Part shown: in pieces, positions 48,007-59,170 of the stretch
Position numbering within the stretch: position 1 is the stretch's first letter
How the letters are laid out: the number at the start of each line of letters is the position of its first letter
Origin: Dehalococcoidia bacterium
GTDB lineage: Bacteria; Chloroflexota; Dehalococcoidia; DSTF01; RBG-16-68-14
Reading direction: 5' to 3'
DNA: 64,000 nucleotides
Assembly: GCA_040882355.1 (NCBI GenBank)
Contig: JBBEBM010000060.1
Coordinates: 1-64,000 of the forward strand
Made by a program: the position numbers and the translations under genes
Notes under the pieces: model-generated
The model's database searches: none
The model's input: the letters and a program-made list of their open reading frames with translations, nothing else
Told to the model about the DNA's origin: nothing

Positions 48007-49287
48007 GTGCCACGCGTGATCATGCACGTCGACCTGGACGCCTTCTTCGTGGCGGTGGAGCAGGCGCGCGACCCCGAGCTGCGGGGCAAGCCGGTGATCG
48101 TCGGCGGCGACCCGAATGGCCGCGGCGTCGCCGCGACCGCGTCGTACGAGGCGAGGCTGTTCGGCGTTCGTTCCGGCATGCCGCTATCGACGGCGCGACG
48201 CCTCTGCCCGCAAGCGATCTTCCTGCGGGGCGACTACAAGGAGTACCAGCGCGTCTCGAAACTGTTCCATCGCATCTTGCGCGACTTCTCGCCGCTGGTC
48301 GAATCGATGGGCCTCGATGAGGCGTTCCTCGATCTCACCGGCTGCGGCCCGATCGTCGAAGCGAAGGCGGGCCCGCACGCGCCCGACGAGCTTGGGCGCG
48401 TCGCGGGCGAAGCGATCCGCGCGCGAGTGCGGGAGGAACTGTCGCTGACCGCGTCGGTCGGTATCGCCACCGGCCGCTGCGTGGCGAAGGTGGCGTCGGA
48501 CGCGGCGAAGCCCGACGGGCTGCTGGAGGTGCCCGCGGGAGGGGAGGCCGCGTTCCTGGCGCCGCGACCCCTGCGCGAACTGCCCGGCCTGGGCGCCAAG
48601 GCCGAAGCGGAGCTGACGCGCCTCGGCGTGCGCACGCTCGGCCGGCTCGCGGCGCTGGCCGACGCGCGTCTTCGCGCGCTCTTCGGGAAGTGGGGGCTGC
48701 TGATGGCCGAGCGGGCGCGCGGCATCGATCCCACGCCCGTCGCCCTCGAACACGAACCGGCGAAGTCGGTCAGCCGCGAGGGCACCTACGCCAAGGACAT
48801 CGACGACGTCGCGGTGCTGCGCGCGTCGCTACGGGGCTACGCGGAGAGCATCGGCGCCGACCTGAGGCGCATGGGCCGCCGTTCGCGCTGTATTACGCTG
48901 AAGCTGCGTTACGGCGACTTCACGACGATCAGCCGCAGCCGCACCCTCAAGCAGCCGACGCACGCCGATGACGAGATCTATGACGTGGGCGCAGAGCTGC
49001 TCGACAAGGCGCTTGCGCAGGACGGTCGCTCGGTGCGGCTAATCGGCCTCGGCGGGACCAACCTGGTCGACGACGCCGTCCAGCTCGACCTGTTCGACCA
49101 CAAGGAGGAGCGCTCGCAGGCGCTCCTCGAAGGCATCGACCGCCTGCGCGAGAAGTACGGCCATCGCTCGGTGCAGACCGGCCGCACCTTCTTCGACCCC
49201 TACGTCAGCTCGCCGGACTGGGAGCCCGAGCGGCGCACGGGGCTCTCTTCTCAGGTCGGGCTGGAGCCGGACGGCCCGCGCGAGTAG
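48007..49287 (+). CDS. dinB: DNA polymerase IV
   Basis: HVDLDAFFVAVE, SYEAR, GLDEAFLD and AKPDG motifs. Confidence 0.95.
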   Translation: MPRVIMHVDLDAFFVAVEQARDPELRGKPVIVGGDPNGRGVAATASYEARLFGVRSGMPLSTARRLCPQAIFLRGDYKEYQRVSKLFHRILRDFSPLVESMGLDEAFLDLTGCGPIVEAKAGPHAPDELGRVAGEAIRARVREELSLTASVGIATGRCVAKVASDAAKPDGLLEVPAGGEAAFLAPRPLRELPGLGAKAEAELTRLGVRTLGRLAALADARLRALFGKWGLLMAERARGIDPTPVALEHEPAKSVSREGTYAKDIDDVAVLRASLRGYAESIGADLRRMGRRSRCITLKLRYGDFTTISRSRTLKQPTHADDEIYDVGAELLDKALAQDGRSVRLIGLGGTNLVDDAVQLDLFDHKEERSQALLEGIDRLREKYGHRSVQTGRTFFDPYVSSPDWEPERRTGLSSQVGLEPDGPRE

Positions 49288-49360
49288 CGGCTCAGCCATG
49301 ACCACCCCCTCCATCGAACGCACCGTCTGTGTCGCATCGGGAGCGCCCATTCGAGGACCT

Positions 49361-49476
49361 CGTAGGGACAGAGCTTTCCCGCCGAACGCGGGTTCGCCGC
49401 CGGCGAACGCTCTGTCCTGGCTCACCACCGAACCTCAATCTACGGGGCCGGACAGACCTAAAGGTCTGTCCCTACG
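49361..49476. repeat. Inverted REP pair (REPIN-like)
   Basis: CGTAGGGACAGA ... GACAGACCTAAAGGTCTGTCCCTACG. Confidence 0.65.
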
Positions 49477-49477
49477 G

Positions 49478-49792
49478 GTGAATGCAGTCACGCTGCTCTT
49501 CGCCGCGATAGTTCTCCTTGCCACGCAGGCGCCAGCCCACGCATCGCAAACTCCGCAAACTACGGCGCAGGACGGCCCTGCCGTTACGGTCGATGGGCAG
49601 GACACGACGAGCGACGACGACTCGGTCGAAGTGCCGAAGTGGGTGTGGGCGACGCTCGTGATGGCGGGCTTCGTCGCTCTGAGTGTGGTGACGATGGTGG
49701 TCGCCCGAGGCCCTGTGCGTCGGCCGCCGCCGCCAGTGGAGCCGGCCGGGCCAGCCGAGGATGCGCCGGCGGCCGACGCACAGGGCGCCTAA
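49478..49792 (+). CDS. Small protein with signal peptide and C-terminal TM
   Basis: LLFAAIVLLATQAPAHA signal; WVWATLVMAGFVALSVVTMVV TM; start uncertain. Confidence 0.45.
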   Translation: MNAVTLLFAAIVLLATQAPAHASQTPQTTAQDGPAVTVDGQDTTSDDDSVEVPKWVWATLVMAGFVALSVVTMVVARGPVRRPPPPVEPAGPAEDAPAADAQGA

Positions 49793-52083
49793 CGCAGGCG
49801 CAACAGTCTTCGCACCAGCGACCGGCGCACACTACGCCACGCGCGCTCCAGGCCGGGCCGTTCGTCGTCGTCGACGTCTCGCTGGCCGTACTGCTGGCGC
49901 ACGTAAGCGTCCGCCAGCTCCGAGACGCCTTCCATGCCGGGGACCTGCGACTGGAGGGAGCGAGCGTACTCTTGCGGGGTCTGCGCCGGCTCCGGCGGCA
50001 CGCGCGCCCACGCGGCCAGCCGCACGGTCTGGCCCCAGAGCCGCGCGGGCGCCGGCAGGCCGGCGAGGCCTCGTAGCCACGCGTAGCTCAGCCCGGCTGT
50101 GCCGGCCGAGACGAGCGCCGCGACGCCGGCGAGCACGCCGATCAACACCCACATCGCCCGGCCGCTGGCGCCGGACGCGACCGCGCCGGCCGCGTCCGAG
50201 CCGTCGTCGGTCGGGAAGCCGCCCACGTCACCGGCAAACGGGTTCGGGGGAAAGTCGATCGGGTCGGGCGCCTCCGGCTCGCTACTCGCTTCGCTGGTGG
50301 GACGCGTGAAGGTGCCGCGATCGGGGGTCGGGTTGAACTCCACCCAGCCCAGGCCGGGAAAATAGACTTCCGGCCAGGCGTACGCGGCCCTCTCGGTCAC
50401 GCGGTAGCTGCCGCCGTCCTGGCTCCGCTGGCCCTCGTCCAGCACGTAGCCCACTGCGAGGCGGGACGGGATGCCCAGCTCGCGGAGCAGCACCACCATC
50501 GCGGAGGCGTGGTAGTCGAAGTAGCCGCGCCTGGAGTTGAAGAGGAAGTATTCGATGGCGTCCTGGCCGGGCGGCGCGTTGGGCACCGCCAGGTCGTACT
50601 GGTAGTTGTCGCGCAGGTGCGTCTCGATCGCCAGAGCCTGGTCGTACGGGGTATCGGCGGCGCCCGCGACCCGATCGGCCAGGTCGCTCACGCGGTCGGA
50701 GCGGTCGTCGGGGAGCTGCGTGTAGCGCTCCGTCCAGTCCGGGTAGTCCTCGCCCGCGTTGCGCAGCGCGAGCTCGGACGCGGTCGAGACGCTGCCGGTT
50801 GTCTCGTACGTGTCGCCTTCGTGGAGCCGCCGCTGCGAGATGAGCGCGATGATGTCGTCCATCTCCTCGGTGTTCGTGCGCACCCGTGACCCGAGGTCCA
50901 CGCTCCACGGCTGACCTTGTGTAAGCAGGATGCCGCCGGTGCGCCCGGCCGACTGGATTAAGACTGAGCGGAGCTCGCGGAGCGAGACGTCGGCGTTGGT
51001 GTCCGTGATCTCGCTCCGCTCCAGCCGAATGTTGAGGCCCTCATCGGACAGCGTCCAGCCGCTCGGCCCGTAGACGTCGTAGGCCTTCGCGCGCAGGAAG
51101 GCCGGCTGGTCCTCCTTGAGCCGGGCAACGACTTCCATGATCAACGCGTCCGATAGATCGATGTCGCCGTGGAAGGGCATCGTCTCGCCGAAGCTGTGGA
51201 TGCGCACGTTCTCCGTGTTCACGGCGACGAAGAGCCGCGCGAAGCTCGCTGTCCGTTCCTCGATGGGCGCCGTCGTCCGCTGCCAGAGGGCGTCCAGGGG
51301 CGCCGACTCGTTTGCCTGGGGCATCACCCATGCGACGGCCAGCAGCGCGAGGGCGAGCCAGAACGTCGCGTGCAGCACCGAAAGGCTGAGCAGCGGCGGG
51401 TAGGGTGTGCCGTCATCGCGCCAGGCCTTCGCGCGCTGGAGCAGGTGGAGGCGCGTCACCAGCAATGCGGCGCCAAACAGGAAGATGACGACGGCAAGGC
51501 TGAACTCACCGATCTGAAGGCTGGCGTTCGTCACCAGTGCGGCGCTTCCCGGCGCGAGCGCGAGCCAGGCGTTCTGCCAGCGGAAGACCGCCCAGGCGGA
51601 GAGGTACGCGCCGAGCCAGCTCAGCGTTACGACCAGGATGATCACGGGGAGGCTGTCGTTGCTGATGCCGTTGTTGAATGCCGCGCCGAACCAGTCGCCC
51701 ATGCGCTGCACCATCACCTCGCAGCGGTCGAGGGGTGTGTCGCCGGGCAGCAGCCTCAGGACCTGGAGCAGGACGGCGCCCAAGCCGACGGGCAGCGCGA
51801 CGAGGTGGATGAACCCTTCCGGCCAGCGCACCCGCGCCAGCAGCGCGCCCATGAGCAACCCCAGGAAGGCTACCGGATAGAGCGACGGCATATCGTCGAC
51901 CCAGTCTGCTCGCTGTATCGCGGCGATCACGGTCAGGAAGAGGACCGTGAGCAGCCCGAACGTGACCAGGTCCTCCCACCAGAGCAGGCGTCGCCAGCCC
52001 CTTGGCTCCTCCGGCACGTCCGCCGCCAGGGCGAGCGGCTCGTGGCGCGCGGCGAAGATCTCGTTCCAGCTCGCCTGTCTCAC
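49789..52083 (-). CDS. TgpA-like membrane transglutaminase-domain/DUF4129 protein with catalytic residues substituted
   Basis: N-terminal TMs; GYFDYHASAM, GIPSRLAVGY and YAWPEVYFPGLGWVEFNPTP motifs. Confidence 0.85.
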   Translation of the reverse strand: MRQASWNEIFAARHEPLALAADVPEEPRGWRRLLWWEDLVTFGLLTVLFLTVIAAIQRADWVDDMPSLYPVAFLGLLMGALLARVRWPEGFIHLVALPVGLGAVLLQVLRLLPGDTPLDRCEVMVQRMGDWFGAAFNNGISNDSLPVIILVVTLSWLGAYLSAWAVFRWQNAWLALAPGSAALVTNASLQIGEFSLAVVIFLFGAALLVTRLHLLQRAKAWRDDGTPYPPLLSLSVLHATFWLALALLAVAWVMPQANESAPLDALWQRTTAPIEERTASFARLFVAVNTENVRIHSFGETMPFHGDIDLSDALIMEVVARLKEDQPAFLRAKAYDVYGPSGWTLSDEGLNIRLERSEITDTNADVSLRELRSVLIQSAGRTGGILLTQGQPWSVDLGSRVRTNTEEMDDIIALISQRRLHEGDTYETTGSVSTASELALRNAGEDYPDWTERYTQLPDDRSDRVSDLADRVAGAADTPYDQALAIETHLRDNYQYDLAVPNAPPGQDAIEYFLFNSRRGYFDYHASAMVVLLRELGIPSRLAVGYVLDEGQRSQDGGSYRVTERAAYAWPEVYFPGLGWVEFNPTPDRGTFTRPTSEASSEPEAPDPIDFPPNPFAGDVGGFPTDDGSDAAGAVASGASGRAMWVLIGVLAGVAALVSAGTAGLSYAWLRGLAGLPAPARLWGQTVRLAAWARVPPEPAQTPQEYARSLQSQVPGMEGVSELADAYVRQQYGQRDVDDDERPGLERAWRSVRRSLVRRLLRLR

Positions 52084-53339
52084 GCGCCGCCTCCCGCGGG
52101 CACGCCTTCGGCGCTCACCGCCAGCGCCCTCTGGATGTCGTCCTGCCGCTTCACCAGGTAGGTGAGCACGCCTGCCGCGGCCAGGGCGCTGTAGACCAGC
52201 AGCGTGTTGCCCTCGCCGCCGAAGGTGCGCGCCTCCAGCAACACCGAGGCCAGCTTCACGCCGCGCCCGCCGAGCATCTGCAGGCTCACCACCCAGCTCT
52301 CGTCGGTCGAGGGCGTGACGACGACGACTGTGGTGTGACGCCCGAAGCGGCGGCCTTCGTGATTGAGCAGCTCGGCCAGCGGGACGTCGCCCTCGGCCCG
52401 GCCGAGCGCCAGGTGCTCCAGGATGCGCGTGTACTGCGCGAGCCCGCGCTCCGGCTCCTCGACGTGGAGGCGCTTCCCGAACGCCAGGAAGCCCACGGTG
52501 CGGTTCGCCAGCAGGAAGTAGCGGGCGATCGACGCGGCGATGCGTACCGCGTGCTCCTCGGTGCCGTCGTCGCCGTCGCCGGCCTGCACCTCACCCTGAA
52601 GGTCGAGGACAACCCAGACATCGCTCGCCGGGTCCAGCTCGAAGAGCTTGACCATCAGGTCGCCGGTGCGGGCGGAGCTGCGCCAGTGAATGCGGTTTAG
52701 GCTGTCGCCGGGGAGGTACTCCCGGACGCTGGCTGCGTTGGGCGTGATGGTGTGCGTCGGCCTGCGGTAGCGGCCTTCACCCGGCAGGTTCGCGGGCGGC
52801 GCCTGGAAGTTCGGCAGGTCGATGCCGCGCGGGTAAACGAGCACCGACTGGGGCGCGCCGAACGTGCGGGAGTGGCGGAACAGGCCGAAGAGGTCGCTCG
52901 TGCTCACGCGCACGGGGCCCATGGAGTAGAGGCCGCGCCGCGTGCTCTCTGACACCACGCGCCACGTCCGCTGGGAGCGCGGTCCGATGCTGATGACGCG
53001 GCGGGCGCTGTAGCCGGGCAGGTCCGAGAGGTCCTCGATCTCAAGCCAGAGCTTGGTGAACCAGCTCCGATTCGTGACGGCGATCCGTTCCTCGAAGTGG
53101 TTGCCCTCTTGCAGACGGTCGAAGGGGCGCTCAGCGCTCACGTCCAGCCAGCGCAGGTTGAGCCGTCCCCAGACGTACGCGATCGGTATCGCGATCAAGA
53201 TCACGTTCGCCAGACGCGCGACCAACCAGAAGCCGCTGCCGAGCGCGACGCCAACCGAGGTGAGCAGCAGTACCACGCTGATCGTGAGCGCGCGGTGCTC
53301 TACGAAGAGGAAGCGAAGGACTGTGCGAAGTGCGCGCAT
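52080..53339 (-). CDS. DUF58 domain protein
   Basis: VREYLPGDSLNRIHWRSSAR. Confidence 0.9.
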   Translation of the reverse strand: MRALRTVLRFLFVEHRALTISVVLLLTSVGVALGSGFWLVARLANVILIAIPIAYVWGRLNLRWLDVSAERPFDRLQEGNHFEERIAVTNRSWFTKLWLEIEDLSDLPGYSARRVISIGPRSQRTWRVVSESTRRGLYSMGPVRVSTSDLFGLFRHSRTFGAPQSVLVYPRGIDLPNFQAPPANLPGEGRYRRPTHTITPNAASVREYLPGDSLNRIHWRSSARTGDLMVKLFELDPASDVWVVLDLQGEVQAGDGDDGTEEHAVRIAASIARYFLLANRTVGFLAFGKRLHVEEPERGLAQYTRILEHLALGRAEGDVPLAELLNHEGRRFGRHTTVVVVTPSTDESWVVSLQMLGGRGVKLASVLLEARTFGGEGNTLLVYSALAAAGVLTYLVKRQDDIQRALAVSAEGVPAGGGA

Positions 53340-53354
53340 GACGCCTCCTGGCGG

Positions 53355-54359
53355 TTATCGAGCCGGCTGTCCGTCCGGCCGCCCCGTCGCCGCTGGAGCT
53401 CCACTGGGACGGCCCGGGCGAAAGCCCGGCACCGGCACCCGCTGCAGGCAGCCCGACACGATGTCGGCCGGGGCGACGTCCTTCACCCGTGCCGAAGGGC
53501 TTACGATCAGCCGGTGTCCCAGCGTGGCGTACGCGAGCTCCTTCACGTCGTCCGGCGTGACGAACTCGCGGCCGTCAAGCAGCACGTGCGCCTGGCAGGC
53601 GCGGTAGAGGGCGAGCGAGCCGCGCGGCGACGCGCCGAGGTAGACCGACTCGTGCCGGCGTGTCATGTGGACGACGCCGGCGATGTACTCCTTGATCAGC
53701 GGGTCGACGTAGACCTCCTTCACCGCCCGCTGGACGTGCAGGATTTCGTCGGGATTGCTCACCTGCGTCAGCGACTCGATGGGGTGCGCGAGCTGCTGCG
53801 CCTCCAGGATCGCGACCTCGTCTTGCTGCGTCGGGTAGCCGAGGTGGACGCGAAGCACGAAGCGGTCGAGCTCCGCTTCGGGCAGCGGGAAGGTGCCTTC
53901 GTACTCGATCGGGTTCTGCGTGGCGAGGACGATAAACGGCTGGGGCAGATGATAGGTCACGCCGTCCACGGTGGCCTGGCGCTCCTCCATCGCCTCGAGG
54001 AGCGCTGACTGCGTCTTCGGCGTCGCGCGATTGATCTCGTCGGCGAGCACCACCTGGGCCATGATCGGCCCGGGCCGGAACTCGAAATCACGTGTCTTCT
54101 GGTTGTAGATCGAGACGCCCGTGACGTCGGTCGGCAGAAGATCGGGGGTGAACTGGATGCGCCGGAAGCTGCAGCCCGTTGACATCGCCAGGCTGCGGGC
54201 GAGGATCGTCTTGCCGACGCCCGGCACGTCCTCGATCAGGACGTGGCCCTGGCACATCAGCGCGATCAGGGCGAGGCGCACGGCCTCGCGTTTCCCGATG
54301 ATGACGCGCTCTACGTTCGTGAGGATGCGTTCGGCGACGGCCTTCGGATCTTCCACCAC
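53355..54359 (-). CDS. MoxR family AAA+ ATPase
   Basis: [17 protein letters not shown] and DEINRA motifs. Confidence 0.95.
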   Translation of the reverse strand: MVEDPKAVAERILTNVERVIIGKREAVRLALIALMCQGHVLIEDVPGVGKTILARSLAMSTGCSFRRIQFTPDLLPTDVTGVSIYNQKTRDFEFRPGPIMAQVVLADEINRATPKTQSALLEAMEERQATVDGVTYHLPQPFIVLATQNPIEYEGTFPLPEAELDRFVLRVHLGYPTQQDEVAILEAQQLAHPIESLTQVSNPDEILHVQRAVKEVYVDPLIKEYIAGVVHMTRRHESVYLGASPRGSLALYRACQAHVLLDGREFVTPDDVKELAYATLGHRLIVSPSARVKDVAPADIVSGCLQRVPVPGFRPGRPSGAPAATGRPDGQPAR

Positions 54360-54517
54360 CCACTCCTAGTTCGACGGGGCGCGGTCCCCCTGTGGCGCCC
54401 GCCCGAGGTCGGCACAACCGCCACGGGCGCGTCTAGTATAGCATCGCCAAGCTGCCTTTTGTAGATACGCCGTGGAATCTCGCCCGGTTCCGTTACAGGT
54501 GTGACGAGCGCGGCGCC

Positions 54518-55438
54518 TCAGCGGCCGCGCTCGACCACGAACAACCGCCACGGCCCGTCCGACCGGGTCTCGACGACGCGTCCGGCGGCGGCCTCGAGTG
54601 CCGCGCGGCAAGCCGCTCCGTGCTCCTGGATCAGGCCGCTGACGAGAGCGACGCCGCCCGGCCGCAGCGCGTCGATCAGCGGCCGCGCCAGCTCCTGGAC
54701 GAGTCGACTGCTGAGGTTGGCCATCGCGAGGTCGTAGCGGGCTGATGGCGGCTCGTCGAAGGGCCACGCCTCGTCCAGCGAGCCCTCCGCCACGCGCACG
54801 ATGCCTTCGACGTGGTTACGGGCTGCGTTCTCGGTCGCAGCGCGCACAGCGATCGGGTCGATGTCGAGTGCGTCGACGCCCGCTGCCCCGAGCAGCGCGG
54901 CGGCGACGCCGAGGATGCCCGAGCCGGTGCCGAGATCGAGGACGAGAGCGCCCGATTGCATGCGCTCCTCCAGCCCCTCCAGGCACATCCGCGTCGTTGC
55001 GTGCTGGCCGGTACCGAAGGCCATGCCCGGGTCGAGCTCGATCAGCACGTCCTCTTTTCGCGCGCGGTAGCGCCGCCACGATGGCCGCAGCACGAGACGC
55101 TTCCCGACACGCAACACCGTGAAATAGCGTTTCCAAGCGTTCGCCCACGACGCGTCGTCGACCGTCCGACTGCGCAGCCGCCCGACGAGCGCATCGTCGA
55201 GCGCGCGCAGCTCGCGGCGCATCGCAGCGAGCGTTGCCCGGCTGTCGCCGTCTTCGGCCGGTAGCCAGGCGCGCAGCACGACGGGCGTCTCGTCGTCGAG
55301 GGAGACGCCTCCCTCCTCGTCGATCGCCTCGAACGGCACGTCGATGCTGACTCCGCCCGGAACGTGCCGGCGCACGATCTCAGATGCTGCCTCTACCGCC
55401 TGCGGCCTGACGGTGAAGGTCAGCTCCAGGTAGCGCAC
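54518..55438 (-). CDS. prmA: Ribosomal protein L11 methyltransferase
   Basis: DPGMAFGTGQHATT and LDLGTGSGIL motifs; follows dnaJ. Confidence 0.95.
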   Translation of the reverse strand: MRYLELTFTVRPQAVEAASEIVRRHVPGGVSIDVPFEAIDEEGGVSLDDETPVVLRAWLPAEDGDSRATLAAMRRELRALDDALVGRLRSRTVDDASWANAWKRYFTVLRVGKRLVLRPSWRRYRARKEDVLIELDPGMAFGTGQHATTRMCLEGLEERMQSGALVLDLGTGSGILGVAAALLGAAGVDALDIDPIAVRAATENAARNHVEGIVRVAEGSLDEAWPFDEPPSARYDLAMANLSSRLVQELARPLIDALRPGGVALVSGLIQEHGAACRAALEAAAGRVVETRSDGPWRLFVVERGR

Positions 55439-55455
55439 GGTTTGGGGATGTGAGC

Positions 55456-56574
55456 CTAGCTGAGGGCGTCCTTGATGCGGTCGAGCAGGCCCTTGTCGTC
55501 CTCGGACAGCGGCGTGCCCATCGACTCCGCCAGCTCGGCGAGCAGGGCTTTCTGCTTCTGCGAGAGGTGCTTCGGCGTGACGACCTGAGCGCGCACCAGG
55601 AGGTCGCCCCTGCCGCTGGTGCGTAGGTGGGGAACGCCCTTGCCGCGCAAGATGAAAACCTCTCCGCTCTGCGTGCCCGCCGGGATGCGCAGCGGCTCCT
55701 GCCCTTCAAGCGTGGGTACGTCCACCTCGTCGCCGAGCGCAGCCTGGGCGATGTTCATCTCGAGCGGGTAGATCAGGTCGTCGCCGTCCCGCTGGAAGAG
55801 CTTGTGCGCCTTGACGTCGATCAGCAGGTAGAGGTTGCCCCGCGAGCCGCCGTTGACGCCCGGCTCGCCCTCGCCGGCGAGGCGCATCTGCGCGCCGTCG
55901 TCGATCCCGCCGGGGAACTTCACCTGGAGGCGGCGGCTGCGCTTCTCGCGGCCGCTGCCGCGGCAGTTCTTGCAGGGGTTGGTGACGACGCGCCCCTCGC
56001 CGCCGCAGCGGTCGCAGGCCGCGACGTTGACGAACTGGCCGAAGACGCTCTGCTGCACGCGACGCAGCTCGCCGGTGCCGCCGCAGTTCGCGCAGCGCTC
56101 CAACTCGCTGCCCGGCTCCGCGCGCAGGCCGTTGCAGTGCGAGCAGAGCTCCGTGCTGGCGAGCTCGACTGTCTTCTCGCAGCCGAAGGCCGCTTCCTCG
56201 AAGGCGAGCGTGATCTGCATCCGCAGGTCGGTGCCCTTGCGTGGCGAACGGCGGCGCTGTGTGGTGCCGCCGAAGAACGCGTCGAAGATGTCGCCGAAGC
56301 CGCCGAATCCGAAGCCCTCGAACCCGCGCCCGCCCATACCGGCTTCGGCGCCGGCGTGCCCGAAGCGGTCGTACATCGCGCGCCGGTCCGCGTCGGAGAG
56401 CACCTCGTAGGCCTCGTTGACCTGCTTGAAGCGCTCCTCCGCGCCGTGGTTCCGGTTCCGATCCGGGTGGTACTCCATCGCCAGCTTCCGGAAGGCCTTC
56501 TTGATCTCTTCCGGCGTGGCGTTCCGGGCGACCCCCAGCACGTCGTAGTAGTCTTGCTTGGTCGTTCTAGCCAT
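55456..56574 (-). CDS. dnaJ: Chaperone DnaJ (type I)
   Basis: J domain HPD, G/F region and four CxxCxG repeats. Confidence 0.95.
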   Translation of the reverse strand: MARTTKQDYYDVLGVARNATPEEIKKAFRKLAMEYHPDRNRNHGAEERFKQVNEAYEVLSDADRRAMYDRFGHAGAEAGMGGRGFEGFGFGGFGDIFDAFFGGTTQRRRSPRKGTDLRMQITLAFEEAAFGCEKTVELASTELCSHCNGLRAEPGSELERCANCGGTGELRRVQQSVFGQFVNVAACDRCGGEGRVVTNPCKNCRGSGREKRSRRLQVKFPGGIDDGAQMRLAGEGEPGVNGGSRGNLYLLIDVKAHKLFQRDGDDLIYPLEMNIAQAALGDEVDVPTLEGQEPLRIPAGTQSGEVFILRGKGVPHLRTSGRGDLLVRAQVVTPKHLSQKQKALLAELAESMGTPLSEDDKGLLDRIKDALS

Positions 56575-56664
56575 TCGCTACCTTACATGAGTTGTCGACT
56601 GCGGATGGGCGGGTGCCCAGCGCCTCATTGTACCAGGGGCGGGCAATGCCTCACAGCAGGGTGG

Positions 56665-56674
56665 NNNNNNNNNN
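56665..56674. other. Assembly gap (10 N)
   Basis: Run of n. Confidence 1.
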
Positions 56675-56699
56675 CCCACGGGAGCTGGGGGCCGGTCGC

Positions 56700-57731
56700 T
56701 TAGGCGCTGGCGACCAGCGACTCCTCCTCGGTGGGCAGGCTGCGCTTGATCACCTCCAGGTGCTCCAGCGCGACGCCCGCGCCGATGGCCGTGCATTCCA
56801 GCGGGTTGTCCGCGACGTGGCACGGGATGTCGATCTCCTGGGTGAGGAGCAGGTCCAGGTGGCGCAGGAGCGCCCCGCCGCCGGTGAGTACCAGGCCGCG
56901 GTCGATAACGTCGGCGGCCAGCTCCGGTGGCGTGCGCTCCAGCACGGTGCGCACCGTCTGCACCATACTGGCGAGGCAGTCCTGAATCGCCTGAGTCGTC
57001 TCGGTGCTGTTCAGTGTGATCGTGCGGGGCAGGCCGCTGATCAGGTCGCGTCCTCGCACGGGCATCGTCAGCTCTTCCTGGAGGGGAATCGCGCTGCCGA
57101 TGCCGATCTTGATGTCTTCCGACGTGCGCTCGCCGATGGCCAGGTTGTGGCGTCGCTTTACATAAGCAACGATTGCGTCGTCCATGCGGTCCCCGGCGAC
57201 GCGCACCGACTCCGCGACGACGATGCCGTACATCGAGATCACCGCGGCCTCCGTGCGCCCGCCGCCGATGTCGACGACCATGTTGCCACTGGGCGTGCCG
57301 ACGGGGATGCGCGCCCCGATCGCCGCGGCCAGCGGCTCCGGCACGAGCTGGGCGGGGCGCCGTCCGCCCGCCTGCTCGGCGGCGTCGCGCACGGCGCGCT
57401 GCTCGACGCTGGTGGCGCCGACGGGGATGCAGATCATCACCTCAGGCTTGATGAAGTTGAGCCGCCCAACGACCTTCTGGATGAAGTAGCGCAGCATCGC
57501 TTCCGTGATCAGGTAGTCGGCGATGACGCCGTCCTTCATCGGGCGGATGACCGAGATGGTGTCGGGCGTGCGGCCCAGCATGTCGCGCGCCTCCATGCCG
57601 ACGGCGACGACGGTGTTGTCGCGGTTCGCCAGCGCGACGACGGCGGGCTCGTTGATCACGATGCCCCGTCCCTTGACGTAGACGAGCACGTTGGCGGTGC
57701 CCAGATCGATGCCGATGCGTTTCGGTAGCAT
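56700..57731 (-). CDS. mreB: Rod shape-determining protein MreB/Mbl
   Basis: [21 protein letters not shown] and TGGGALL motifs. Confidence 0.95.
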   Translation of the reverse strand: MLPKRIGIDLGTANVLVYVKGRGIVINEPAVVALANRDNTVVAVGMEARDMLGRTPDTISVIRPMKDGVIADYLITEAMLRYFIQKVVGRLNFIKPEVMICIPVGATSVEQRAVRDAAEQAGGRRPAQLVPEPLAAAIGARIPVGTPSGNMVVDIGGGRTEAAVISMYGIVVAESVRVAGDRMDDAIVAYVKRRHNLAIGERTSEDIKIGIGSAIPLQEELTMPVRGRDLISGLPRTITLNSTETTQAIQDCLASMVQTVRTVLERTPPELAADVIDRGLVLTGGGALLRHLDLLLTQEIDIPCHVADNPLECTAIGAGVALEHLEVIKRSLPTEEESLVASA

Positions 57732-57763
57732 GGAGCCTTCCCCTCTGTTCTGTCGTGCGGCGG

Positions 57764-59014
57764 CTACACGCGCTCGATCGCCGCGCCCAGCGAACGCAGC
57801 TTCTCGTCCAGCGCTTCGTAGCCTCGGTCCAGGTGGTAGATGTCGCTGATTTCGGTCCGGCCCTCGGCGGCGAGGGCGGCGATGACCAGGGCGGCGCCGG
57901 CGCGCACGTCCATGCAGCGCACGGGCGTGCCGTGGAGCTTCGTCGGGCCGCTCACGATGGCGGTCTGACCGGCGGTGATGACGTCTGCGCCCATCTTGCG
58001 CAGCTCGCTGATGTAGAGCAGCCGGTTGTCGTAGACGCGCTCGAGGATCACACTCACGCCCTTCGCCTGTGTCAGGAACGCAGCGAGCGGCGGGTGGAGG
58101 TCGGTGGCGAGGCCGGGGTAGGGGACCGCCTGCGCCGCTACCGCCTTGTACGCGTCCATGCCTGTGACCACAATGCCGCCCTCGACGTTCCGGATGCGCA
58201 CGCCGGCCTCCTGCAGCTTCCAGATGAGCGCGTCAAGGTGCTCCGGCACTGCCTCCATGATCTCCGCCTCGCCGCGCGTCACCGCGACCGCGAGAGCATA
58301 CGTGCCGGCCTCGGCCCGGTCGGGCAGGATCCGCTGGGTGGTGCCGTGCAGCTCATGCACGCCTTCGATCTCGATCGTCTGGCCGCCGCCGCGGATCTTC
58401 GCGCCCATCCGGTTCAGCATCTCGACGATGCTCACCACCTCCGGCTCGGAGGCCGCGTTGATGATCGTGGTCGTGCCTTCGGCCATGATCGCCGCGAGCA
58501 TGACGTTCAGCGTGCCCATCACGCTCGGGTAGTCGAGCACGACGCGCGCGCCGTGCAGCCGGTCCGCCTCGGCGACGAACTGGTCGCCGCGCCGGTAGAC
58601 CTCGGCGCCCAGCGCGCGAAAGCCTGCCAGGTGCACGTCGAGGGGCCGGAGGCCGATCACGTCGCCGCCGGGCGGGCAGCAGGCGGCCCGCCCGAAGCGC
58701 GTGAGCAGCGCCCCCATCACCAGGAAGCTGGCGCGCAGGTTCACGACGAGCTCGCTGGGGGCCTCGAACGACGTGATCTTGGCCGCGTTGATGCGCAGGC
58801 GTGACGTCGAGAGCTGCTCCACCTCGGCGCCGAGCTGGCGCAGGATGGCGCTCATATAGGTGACCTCTTCGATGTCCGGGACGTTCTCGAGGATACAGTC
58901 GTCGGCGGTGAGCAGGGCTGCGGTCATCGCGTAGTCGGCGGCGTTCTTGTTGCCGCTGACACGCACCCGACCTCGAAGCGCCCGCCCGCCTTCGATGACG
59001 AAGCGCTCGCCCAT
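57764..59014 (-). CDS. murA: UDP-N-acetylglucosamine 1-carboxyvinyltransferase (Asp variant)
   Basis: [30 protein letters not shown] and HLDRGYE motifs. Confidence 0.92.
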   Translation of the reverse strand: MGERFVIEGGRALRGRVRVSGNKNAADYAMTAALLTADDCILENVPDIEEVTYMSAILRQLGAEVEQLSTSRLRINAAKITSFEAPSELVVNLRASFLVMGALLTRFGRAACCPPGGDVIGLRPLDVHLAGFRALGAEVYRRGDQFVAEADRLHGARVVLDYPSVMGTLNVMLAAIMAEGTTTIINAASEPEVVSIVEMLNRMGAKIRGGGQTIEIEGVHELHGTTQRILPDRAEAGTYALAVAVTRGEAEIMEAVPEHLDALIWKLQEAGVRIRNVEGGIVVTGMDAYKAVAAQAVPYPGLATDLHPPLAAFLTQAKGVSVILERVYDNRLLYISELRKMGADVITAGQTAIVSGPTKLHGTPVRCMDVRAGAALVIAALAAEGRTEISDIYHLDRGYEALDEKLRSLGAAIERV

Positions 59015-59170
59015 TAGCGAAGCCTCCCTGCAGGCATTGTGAACGGAGCATACCGAGCGCATCGTGCGGGCGCAAGAATCGAGGCGCGGTTGCCTCGCCA
59101 AGCCGGGTGCGGTCTGGTACAATCGGCGCGCTGGAGAGGCATCCGTTCAGACATAAGGAGGACATGGGAC

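Noticed and set aside
49298..49477. N-terminal extension of ORF 49298-49792
   Set aside because: It runs through a REP pair; the signal-peptide-like sequence begins only near GTG 49478.
56575..56700. CIRCE element before dnaJ, and mreB-dnaJ co-transcription
   Set aside because: No TTAGCACTC-N9-GAGTGCTAA found, and an N gap makes the adjacency uncertain.
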